From Perkinsus chesapeaki ATCC PRA-425 (taxonomy: Eukaryota > Protista > Perkinsozoa), in contig JAAPAO010000041.1 in NCBI GenBank assembly GCA_013115145.1, positions 45,685-109,684 on the forward strand: a stretch of DNA of 64,000 bases. Direction: 5' to 3'. Below are positions 40,422 to 52,100 of the stretch, piece after piece; position 1 is the stretch's first letter; each line of letters starts with the position of its first letter. The notes below the pieces were generated by a model. That model searched no databases. It saw only the letters and a list, made by a program, of their open reading frames with translations, and was not told the DNA's origin. The translations under genes and the position numbers were made by a program.

Positions 40422-43400
40422 TTATATATCCGTCTCCTCAGCATCCGGGACAACTTGCTGTTCTTGGAGCTCATGGTCATTCGGATCCTCCTCATCAATG
40501 ACTATCTCCGGTATAGCTTGTCCCTCCCTCCATATAGTAGCTGGATCGCATATCTACCAATCACCCAATGAGCCCTAGCAGTATCATCCAGCAGCCCGCC
40601 CACCTCCTCAGCTCCCTCCGCTGCTGCAGCCGCCTTCCTTATATTATGAACTAGTGCATCATGCTCCGCGTCCAACAGACAGTGGCAGAGGCTTTCCCCG
40701 AAATAGCTACTGCGCATAACATACCACGCATTGCCGGCCGTCTTGGAGGATTCTGAAAGCCAGCTCCCGTCCCACTTCACTCAGCAGCCTCAGCCACCTT
40801 CGTTCGAGGAGTACGGCTTGCTCTCAGTGTACTCTGCCAGGCCAGGCACTCCAATGGCTGCTGATGGATCTGGGCTCTCCAGCGCGGTGACTTCAGCGTG
40901 CCGATCCTAGGCAGCATCCTCCCAGCACACGTAGGCTCAGCACCTACTACCTCCGAGCCCCATTCGCTGTACTTAGGCCCAACTAGTGTCCATGCTGCTC
41001 TAGCCTTCTCGATTAGTGTGTACATCTTACCGAGCTTCTTATGAGCCGTTGCTATATGTTTCTGGGAGTCTGAGAGGCACTGAGCTCGTCGGTGATTACC
41101 CCCAAGAGCAGCCTACCAGAAGGGTTGATTTGTTCCAACTTCAAGACATCCTTATCTCCCAGGATCTTCCTTACCTCCTTCTTGTTCGTTGCCCATATCC
41201 TACCACAGCAGCCTACTGCCCAACCTACCTGTTGCCCGCCACCTACTCTCCCATAAGCTTCGAGATGGATTCCTCTATTCTATCAGCCAACCTTAACAAT
41301 GCTTTCTTAACAACCCCCGCCGCCCTCAGGGCATTGGTAGCTCCATCGATCCTCGACACTAATACTTGGTATTTCACCAAAAGTATCTGCCATGGCATCT
41401 TATCGCTTCACCGCCGCCCGACAGGTCCGACATCCTGTTGCTCTTTAAGATTCTCCTTAGGATTCTCATCACTCTTCCGGATAGTATCCTCAGTCATCGG
41501 GACCGACCCTTCGACTGTTAACCGCACTTCACTAAGATCCTTCTTACCCTGTTCACCACAAACCTAACACCACTCCTTCCCCCTCCTCACCTCCTCAGCG
41601 CTTCCTTCCCCTATGCCCTCACCAAGCCCCGTGATGTCATACTCAGCTGGAGAGGCATCCTCCTGCAACGACCACCTGCATCCCCACAGAGCAAACACCA
41701 CCAACGCTTACCTCGCCCTCCTCGTCCGCAGTTGTCTCACCCTCCCCATCCTCAGCCTGCTCCGTCTCCTCTCCTTCCTCATCAACATTCTCTCCCTCTT
41801 CACCCTCATCTGATGGATCAGTCTGGACGAAACTTCCCGGGACCGTGGCGGCTGCTGCTGCTGCAGGGGTGTTGACGGCGCTGGACTTGCCGCTGTGTGG
41901 TTGGGCAGCAACCTTCTTTTTATGGACGAAGCTGCTCGAGCCACCTGCTGCCCCGGCATGTAGCAGTCCATTGTCAATTATCCTTTCCTCACCTTCCTCT
42001 TCATACATTTCCTTAACACCATCCAACTCGCTATACTTCTCCCCTACACACAACAGAGTCAACAACATGTACTCTCCTAACACAACTGCCATCTACTTAT
42101 AGACTACCGCAAACCCCCTGAGCCTCGTCACAGGCTTCCCGTACCTCCACTATCACCCTCTTCTCCTTCGTCATCCTCTTCATAATTATGTCTACTCGTC
42201 CCCACATTCTTCACCCCAGCTGCCTTAGTCCCTCCCTTCACTGAAAGCTCTTGGTCTGCCTCTGCCTGACCATGGGCTAGCAGCATCTACGAGCAACAGT
42301 GTCCTCTCTTTCCCACTCACCACAGCGCTTCCTGTCTTGTCCAAATCAGCAGATACCTCTTCCTCCATCTTTGACAAGTCCAACCCTCGTCTAACCCTCC
42401 TCCTCCTCTTCACCTCAATAAAGGAGGCTTCCTCCTCCTCACCATCATCGACGACCGCACCATCGTCACCATCTCCCCCCTCATCATCACCAGTGCCGCC
42501 GCTGCTACCTGTCACTGCCGCCTTCCCTTGACTGCCGTACTTTCTAGGGAACACTTGTAGCTTTTGAAGCCTCTCCTTCCTATCAGTATAGTATGCCTAA
42601 TGCCAACCCATACACCCCCAACACCACTAGCAGCAGCAGCAGTGGCCCACCTCCTGATCGGCAGTTCCCAGCACTGACGCGTACTTGCCAAGGAACGCAC
42701 TCAAATGGCTCTCATCCTGTTGCTCATCCTAACCAATGCATCCTCTCCTTCCTTCCCGTCGCCTCCGTGCCTCCTACCGTCTTTCCCTTAGCCCACGGCA
42801 TCGTGAAGAGGTCCTTCCCCACGTACGTCTGCAACCTCATCGTCATCGCCGTATCCTTCAATAATACTAACCAAATCCCCCATGCCACTCCCCCAGGTCC
42901 GATATTCTCACGGTGCAGCTTCGCAATCAAATCCATGAATCCATGAATGTCATTGGCTCTCGAGACAAAGTCGTGGGTGCTGAGCGACCACTGTATGTCC
43001 CCCATCCGCTCCGGTTCATCGACCATCCTGACCAACTACCATCATCCTCCTTGCCTCTCCTTGCTTCACTCCCTACTTGTCATTTGTCGGCACATAAGCT
43101 CTCATTTGTCCTATCAGTTCTCCAGCCACTTTGGTGAACATCTCTTCATCCCTAAACCACGACCATAGCCTCATCCACCACCCCTCCACATGCGTTACCT
43201 CTCTACATTCACGCCGCTGATCAACGGGCTGGCTCTGAATTGAACCACACCATTAACTCCCCACTTTCCAGATGCTCTCCTTACTTAATAGAAGTCAGCT
43301 GCGTCTTAACACTTTCACTATTGCCTTTTAGTATCTCCTGAGCCTCTCCCTCCGCCGTCGCATCACCTATATCGATCACCACTCGCCCCTCCTGCCCACC

Positions 43401-44472
43401 CCACCAGCCATACTAAGTTTGTCCCATTCCTGGGCCACATCCTTCACCATCCTCGCGCTGTCCTCCGTCATCCTCTTGCCTCGATCGCTGTTCGCCAGCT
43501 GTCACCCAAACACTTCCCTCTCTTAACCACCCCACCCCAGCCCAGCACTCACCGCTTCCGTCTTGTAGTTTTTAGCCATATCATTCAGCAACTTCAGTTC
43601 AGCATTGAAAACTTCCATCAGTGCCTTCAAATCCTCAATCATGCTGTCTGAAGCAGCCCACCGATCCTCGGTGCTCCAACTTATGCTACTTTCCCACCTC
43701 CAACCGTCTTTTCCAGCAAAGATGCAAACTGCTCTCCCAGAATAGCGTTTTGCTGCCGGAGGTTGCCGAACATATCCTGGCCGGCCATGTCCAAGAACTT
43801 CTTCAACTTGTCAAATCCTCGTCGTATCTTTACTTCTGGATAGTAAGCTGAGGGATAGCCAAAAGGCTCTCCACCAAGCGTCCGCTCCCAGGTTGCTTTA
43901 ATGCGCCATATTAATTGAATAATAGTCACTGTCATCCACAAAGTAAGACCACTACAAAAAAGTGCAAGCACTCTTCGATGCATCATGAAGAGCCAGCTGT
44001 GGATGCCTCAAGAGTTTCCAAGAGTATTAAACCATTGTACCCCTACGCTTGAGCTCCCCCTGTTCATGCTCCTCATAATGAGAGTCATCGAACCACTTGA
44101 GGAAATGGGAGTCAGCCGTACGCTCTTCCTCCAAATGCTTCTGCATTGCTTGCTCATCTCTATCCTGCTCCTCTACAGCCTATAACCACTGTAATCGAGG
44201 AAGCAGCGCATTACCGCCCACTTCGATGAAGGATGATCCCATCAAAGCCGAGATGACCTCCGGATCGAACATCCTGGTCTGTTCCTCCAAAAGGGACGTA
44301 GATAGCCCATCAGGTATCTGAAGTCGGATCCTATGAGTTATTCAAGTCCAAGATGCAATAAGACCACCCTCGCTCTCCCAACCCTCTCCAAGGCACCGCT
44401 CTTCCCAGCCAGGATTGTGGGGGTTGCCCAGCAGTATAACAGAGTGCTCCTCATAACCACAAAACCTTCCAT
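40422..44472 (-). CDS. Large hypothetical multi-exon protein (possible signal peptide/TM, acidic linkers); could be more than one gene
   Basis: A chain of open exons with GT-AG introns, a hydrophobic VLALFCSGLTLWMTVTIIQLIW segment and Glu/Asp-rich stretches. No family recognised. Confidence 0.45.
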
Positions 44473-44553
44473 CCAAGAGATCCTCCCACCGCACTGAATT
44501 TACCACAACCCAACAGAAGGTAAAGCGGTAAAACGTATTAAACTATGTACTTC

Positions 44554-47177
44554 CTATCCCTTGAAGCCAGAGCGCTCACTGAAGTAGTCCTGGGATGCCC
44601 CCTGCTTCTGCGCCGCTTTATGAGCTGCATCAATTGCCGCTGCCCGCTTGTTCTGGTTCTCCGTCGTACGATTAGGGTCAACCAGCTCGATGCCCTAAGC
44701 ACCAAAGCATACAGCGGCGCCGGTTGGTAAAAGGAACAAAGACCAAAACTACCACCAACAATTGAGAACGAGACTACTGTCGATGACAACAATCACTATC
44801 CCCGATGCAGGGACACTCAAATTTAGTGTTACTGTTAAATCTAAGATGGCCCCTCTTCAATATATCATTGCTGCTGCCCCTTCCCACAAGCACCAGTCAC
44901 AACTGCCGCGAGCACGGCAACTAGTACCCATGGTACTTCCTATGTGAATCACCTCACTGTATCTTACAATAATATATAATGATGATACTACGTATAAAAT
45001 ACGCACTAATGCCTTCTAGTTCTATATCACTTGGCCTTTGTTTCACCCCTGTTCCCTACCTCAAACTGTGTGAATGCCAAACTACTGGAAAGCCCGCTGT
45101 TGCCACTACTAGCAGCCACCCTCTGCCGTCGGCTAGCACTCAGCTTTTGGTTGTGGAGCATACTCTCCATAAGCTGCCTTCGTTTCTTATCCTGTTTGGC
45201 TGCACTCTAACAACAGTACCAAGAACTCACTACTACTGCAGCAGCAGCACCAGCTATCAACACCCTACCTGTCCCACTCGTCCGATGCCCTCTAGGCCCT
45301 GACCAGCCCCTTGAGCCGCCGCTGACAGCATGCCCAACCCCTTCCCAAATGCCTCATTCATATTTAACTCCTCTTCGGCCTCTTCACCAAACTAATTAAC
45401 CAATTTCACGCCCCCCCCCACACTAAGCCAGTATAACCTTCATCCTGTTAATCTGTTTCTTGGCTTCACTCATACCGTACTTCTCCTTAATGGCTCTATG
45501 CCTCTTACCACCCCTCCTCGGCCCCGGTAGCTCATCTGGTCTCGGAAGAGGCTTCTTCTCTCTCGCTTTTGGAGGGGCCTGTGCCTTCGCCTGCACAGCA
45601 GCGGGGCATCCACAAATAACAGAGTCGACAATCCAGCGCCTCACCAGCGCCGCCAATAGATCTTCTCGAAGCTTAACACCAACTTTACCGAGGCGAGCAG
45701 ACTCATCCGCGGCACCAGCGTTGATGTGGAGGGAGTTGTCAACCCTGAAAAGCGATGTACACAATGGGAGACAACTGTCCATCCTCCTTCTCCTCACCTA
45801 GCACATATAGCGGCCTTGCCAAGCAACAGCCTGACAGCCTTCCTCTTAAAGTCAGGGGGTGTCATTACCACTACATCACTTTGCCATATAAGCCCCTGCT
45901 TAAGAGCAACCGCTGATGATGCCCCCATACCTATCACATCCTCCTCCTCCTTCACAGCCCTACCCCTACGGTACTACCGCTCAATTGTTTCTTCTGTGCC
46001 CCGACATGCTCGATATTCTGACTCGGCATAACAGCCAGCTTATCCACTCCTCCAGCGCTCGATATCAGCCTGGCCGCCAGCGGAGCGCCCAACAATGAGT
46101 TGAGATTCGGTGCGTGCTTTGCCATCTGTCCCTGACCAAGCCCCATCACCATCTCCTCCTCCTCCCCATCCTACTTGAAGGAATATCATTATATCATTTT
46201 TGCAGTCAGCCAGATCATTAGCTGCTTGTATGTTCGCCAAGAGCTCGTCGTTCTCCTTCGCCGGTAGCCTAACTCCACTACCAGCACTAGATGTAGCTGT
46301 CACCGTAACAGCCACAATGACGTTATTAGGGAGCAGATCGGAGAGATCGACCTTCGACATGTCCAGGGTGGCATTAGGACCTTCAAAGGAGCAGCCGTCA
46401 ACTCCTCCCCTTACATCGCCCTTCACCTACCAGAAGCATTGCCAAAGACGCCAGCCTCCTCCTTCTCAATAAGTCTCTGGACAACTCTAAGATAGTCTAA
46501 TGGCATCGACACTATGCTCTCTAGCTCCGGGAACTTCCTCGAATAAACCTACAACCAATCCTCCGCCCTATTACTGCTCTTAATCACTACCTTCTTCACG
46601 TGCCGATGCACCCTATAAATATCCTCATCGATTGCAACCGCCACAGTGTTGCACTTGGACAAGAGCTCGTATTCAGCCTTCTTGGCCACCGAACCATCAG
46701 CTGTTGCGGTCGAGGGCGTCATTGCCTACATTTACAGCCGTGAATGCCGCAGCAAGCCAAACATCTCACATCAGAATCCTTCATGGTCTCATCCTCCTCC
46801 TCCCCGCTCTCCTCACCCATCGCTGAGGAAACATCTCTTATTCGTTGCATAGTCGATAAGAAGTCCTCATCAGCCAATAGCTGCGACACTCCAACTGATG
46901 GGCCTTCCTCCTCCTCCTGCAGCACCTCATCACCATCATCGTCGCCTAAGTACCGCCATCCACTTCCCACATCCACAGCCGTCCAAGTCCTACTCTTAAC
47001 AGCCACTTTCTCGTCCTCCTCCTCTCCGGTCTGGAGCCCCTCTTTCACCTTATCACCTTCAGCGTCCTCGGCCGATGGTCGAACATCCTACCAGCAACCC
47101 TCCCCCATCGACCAACATCCTAACCAACCTACCAGAACATCATCCAGATCTGCCAAGAAGGAGTCGGCTAAAGACAT
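44554..47177 (-). CDS. PRPF31: U4/U6 snRNP protein Prp31
   Basis: MSLADSFLADLDDV start, APNLNSLLGAPLAARLISSAGGVDKLAVMPSQNI, KPLPRPDELPGPRRGGKRHRAIKEKY, C-terminus SSLAFTQFE|GIELVDP..QDYFSERSGF after a 365-nt intron. Confidence 0.93.
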
Positions 47178-47385
47178 GACGCTCTTGACAACTGTAGCGA
47201 CTAACACACCTCACTTCAGTCTTGGATATGTTACCCGGTGGAAAAATCTGGCGCAAGTACCCGGAAAATAAAGCGGATTTTCAATCCTTATACTCCGCCC
47301 TGGGGAAACTAACCCCACCCTGCATTGAGACCAACTACAAGCACGAGACATGAAAGGGTAGGGAAACTGAATAAACTTGATACTA

Positions 47386-48677
47386 TTACTGGTGCTCGGC
47401 ATCAGCAGCGACCTGCCATGTCGGCAACCCTAGGCGACGCACCGTTGCCACTGGCAAAGCCCACACTGGATCCACCGTCTGCAAATTAAACGACCCAGCC
47501 TTGTCCAGTAAGCTCAACCCAGCCAATCCAAAAAAGGTATGGAAAACATCCGGTACATCCCCAGGTCTAACGGAAGATATCGACCGCCATCCCGGCACAA
47601 TTACTACCTATCCGCGATACCACCCTCATCCTTCTCTTGTGCCCGCAGTATGAAACCAATAAGAGCATCGTAATCTATCCAGTGTAGCTTGCCCAGGACC
47701 GCCAAGGCCGAGGTGATCCACCACGAGTAGCACACATCAGGAGCCTGCCCACCATCATTCTTCGAGCCATCGTCCGAGGCCTTACCTTCTCTGGCCGGCC
47801 ATTGAAGCCTCCATGCTTGGGGATCTGACGTTCGGCCAGCCAATGCCCCAACCGCCAATTGTCGTTATCATCTGCCTTCTCCCCTAGTAGGGCCAATGCA
47901 GCCACCGCGCAGAAGGTGTAGGCAGCATGGCTTTCAGCGCCCGGGATGGATCCGAACGCTCCATCATAATTCTGGCATGAACGAAGCCATTGCACTGCCT
48001 TACACCGGTCGATATCCGTTTTAGCGTCATCTGTGAGATGCACGGTTGGCCCTAAGATACCAGCTCATCACGTACCTGTTGTCTTTCCAACAGCATCCAG
48101 TAGTGCCAAGATAGCCACAGCTGAGTAGGGGAAGCGGCCATCCACTTCACCGCTATAGTCCCCCTGGAAGCCCCCATCATCCGTCTGAAGGCTCTTAACA
48201 AACATCCTTGTAGCCGCTACATCCTCTGCAGACAGAGTGTCCAGGGCATCGACCTCAGCCAGCACCAACAGGGCATAGTGGGTCGAGTTGATATGGGAAT
48301 CCATCCCCGGGAAGAATCTAATAAATTGGTTATCACTGCAGTGTCCTTACCCATTACCCACCCATAGCCACCATCATCCCCCCTACAGGCCTTTATGAAG
48401 TTGATGACATCATCCCTTCGACTGTACGTATGGGCATCTAGTCTACCCATAACATCCAAGGCTGTTATACCCCAGTATCTGTTATGGATACCTTATTATA
48501 AAAAATAATACCTACGCTCCGCCCATTCTGATTGATTCCGATAGGACATAGTCCATCGATATCGACCTAAAGATATCAATTAACACCCCAGCATCCAGGT
48601 GGCTACTTCTCTGGAGTGTCTAAATCATATATATATTTTTCATGCTTATCCAACAATAGACCATCATCACCCTCCAT
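47386..48677 (-). CDS. RABGGTB: Rab geranylgeranyltransferase beta subunit
   Basis: [70 protein letters not shown]. Confidence 0.93.
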
Positions 48678-49171
48678 TATTGTTATACAAACTAAACCAT
48701 ACAAATGAGCGCTTTTGGTAGTTACTAGTTAACTCAAAGCAGATTCGGGCAAAAGATCTTCAAGTGCAGGACGAGTACGATGCCGACTTTGGTTCTGTGA
48801 AGCGCGCGCGCCCATACAATCGATGCTTTGGAAGGGCTGCTGCGTTCGTTAAGCAGCTTCCACTTGCGCGCGATCAACGAAGGTTCCTAATTGGCCAACT
48901 TAACTGGCCAAACTACATCTATAAACCTTATAGTGAGTAACCGCTGTCGCATGATTCTCTTTTTAGATCATAAATTCGACTTAACGCTAGAGCTTAGGAT
49001 GGATTGATCGCAGAATGATCGCGCTCGCTAGAAGAAAATTGAAGTGGGCTGCTACTGGACTGAGTTATTATTGTTACTTTCAGGGCTTGATTTTGAGTCG
49101 TCGTCCCGCCACCGGAAACAACACTCAACTTCGGTCACTGACGAGTCTAGATCTTGCCCAGTTGGGGTGCC

Positions 49172-52100
49172 ATGTCTACAACAGCAAACACAAGTATTAA
49201 TCAGCAACAACATCATCATCAACAATCATCTATGGGAGGAAATAGCGGAGTATCTTCAACGGGCGGCGGGCCTAAATCATCAGGGCCACAACCCAATAGC
49301 GCTCCGAATACCCGATGGAGTAACACTGGCAAAGGAAGTGCTGGGAACACACCATTACCACCCCCTCCCACTGGTGGTAATCAACAAGGGCTCCCCAGTA
49401 ATATGCCACCATATCATTATCAAGGAGGTGGTTATTATCCTCCTACTGGTGCTGGATATATGATAGAGGAGATGGGAATGCCTCCACAATTTATCCCTCA
49501 GGTAGTACAACTCATCAACCTACTTCACCAGCCGCTCGAAATTTCGGAATTTCCGCCGGCGGTCGCAGCGCCTCGTGAGGAAAATCAGCCTATTGAAGAT
49601 GATTACGACTTAGGATGTTAATGGGATTACCCTTTATTGCTTTGCTTCCTCAGGGTTACGGATTTATGATGTCACCATATATGGCTTATGCTGGCCCAGC
49701 ATCCCAACCTCCACCACAACCCCCTATGATGCCAGCTTATGGTTATCAAATGGTCCAAGGCATGGGTCAACCTGGTTACTATGTACCAGTTCAAGGTATG
49801 CCACCACCGTATGGTGGTATACCGCCACAAGAATATGCAATGATGCCCCCGCCTCCTCCACCGCCACAACATCAACAAGGTGGCTATCCTGGCATGTATG
49901 GTGGTGGTAGTGGTCCACAATATGGTAGTCCTATGGACTCTGGTGGCCCTATGTCGGCCCCACCTTTACCAAGGCCTGGTAGTGGTCCACAACCTCCTCA
50001 CAGTGGTGGTACTATCAGTGGCGGTGGTAATGTTAGCGACTCGGCATCAGGTGGTGCGATGGGTGCGGAGGAACACCATCATCAGCTCCATCATCCTACT
50101 AATGACGATATTCAGCAACATCAACGTCCTCGTACTGCTTCAACTTCTCATATGCCCCCACAGTCTTCAGCATCGAGCGGCGGTGGTCCCTCTAGCTCTC
50201 ATGGAGGTATGGGAATGGGCTCTGGCGCGCGCCCTTACCCACCACCACCACCTCAACGAGAAGGTTCAGCAGTATCGGTTCCGGGCGGGCGGCCTCGGAA
50301 ACCTTTGACTATTATTGATCCTAGCACCGGCCAAGAAGTTAAGTTGGTCGATCATCCTACTACTAGTGATAAACAGCAGCAGCAGTCTAGGGCAGCAGCT
50401 GCTGCTGCACCGCCACCACCCTCAGGTCAGGCAGCAAAGCGGCAAGAAGAGGGTAGAGAATCTAGCGAGTCCCCAGGTAAGAGTAGCGTCGGTGAAACTC
50501 GGCCCACCACGGCTGCTACTACTGGGCGACCTAGTTCCCGGCAACCAGCACCACCGTGCTTCGCGGCAGTGGCTGCTGGTGTTGCTCCTACTTCTGGGAG
50601 TTCGACACCCGAGGGTGCTTCCGAGGGTGCCCAGCCTAGAGCTCCGTTACCTTCACCATCCTTATCATCGGTCTCTGCTGCAAATCATCATGATGATTAT
50701 AAGGGCATCAACGATAAGAAAAAGCTATTGAACGCTGCATTGCGGAAGCCAGTGGCCGCTAAGCCCCCACTAATCGACTCCAAGCATCCGAAGCAACAGC
50801 AAACTGCCACTGCTGTCCAGCGACCAGCACCAGCTGCTGCTGCTAAGGAGGAGGAGTCTCAAGATACGAGGGCCAGTGAGATGGCTAAGGTTAATGGTGA
50901 GGCCTTTGAAGAGCATCAAGATCTTTCTGCTGCTGCTCAACAAGGACTTCCTCAGCAAGGGCTCTTGCCGCCGGGTGGAGCTCCGGCAATGATGTATCCT
51001 ATGGGACCAGGTATGCCCCCCTATGGCGGTATGCCTCCTCCTTATGGTGCACCTTATATGGGACCACAGTTTGCCGCAGGGCCGATGTATGGTCAGCCAC
51101 CGCCGCCGCCAGCTATGATGATGCCTGCATTCCCTCAACCAGGGATGGAGCCTCGTCATGATGAGGACCAGGCAGCGGCTGCTCCGAGTTCAGAGCCCGC
51201 TCTACCTCAGCAGCCTCTAGGAAGTGGTGAACTAACCAGCTCCTCAGCAGCCCCTCAAACATCGGCAAAGTCGGCTCCACACTATGGTGGTAAGAAGCTC
51301 GCCCTCAACAAGGCCATCACTAAGAAGGCGCCTCCGCCGACTGTGGCAGTAACTTCTCCTGGTGATAAGGAGGCCTCTACGGCGCCAACAAGTGGTACAG
51401 CAGCGGCAGCTAATGAGCCAGCTCCTCATACTGAGGGACCAAACCATCTTGGGGAGACCTCCGCAGTGACCTTGGAAAGGAAGAAGCTCTTCAGTCGTGC
51501 CATTGGCAAGGCCAAGCCGGCTCCTCCAAGTCCAGTACAGCAGCCATCTGAGCCTGTTGTTCAGCGGTCACCTGTGGAGGAGGAGACCAAACCGGAGGAG
51601 GCTCAGGCTTCGAAACCCGCTGAGCCAGTAGCAGCAGCAGCGCCTTCTGTAGTGTCACTCGCCAAGAAACGTGGATTCAAGTAAGATTCAGAATCTCCTT
51701 CACATCATATTATTATTATTTATTGTCAGGAATGTGGCCATCGACCGTTCTGCTGTGCACCCCAGCCCTGCTGTGGTACCTCAGCAACCAGAGCCAGCGG
51801 TCGAAGTGGAGCAGCAGCAGCACTCTGTTACTGAAGAGCTTCCTGCTCCTGCCGTCGTCGGTACCACTCCAGAGACAGACACCACTTCCAAGGACAAGGA
51901 TACTTGGGAGGAGACCAGCTCATCTGGGGAAGCACCAGAGGCAGCAGGATCTGAGGAGTCTGTTGAGGTAAGCTTAACCAAGGCGTGGTCATTATTAATG
52001 TTTCACTGTCAGCAAATCACCATTGAGCCTCTGCCTTGTGACGGCCCGCTGTCCCGTAGCGAGCTTCTCAGAATGTTCTTGGTGGCCCCCGCTACCGAAG

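Noticed and set aside
42225-43035. SPWSGRGRPRAF suggested a diphthamide-synthesis (DPH2) C-terminus
   Set aside because: No other DPH1/2 motifs were found in the surrounding exons.
45423-47271. Plus-strand ORFs opposite PRP31 and the acidic orphan
   Set aside because: Ser/Pro-rich mirror translations of Glu/Gly-rich minus-strand exons.
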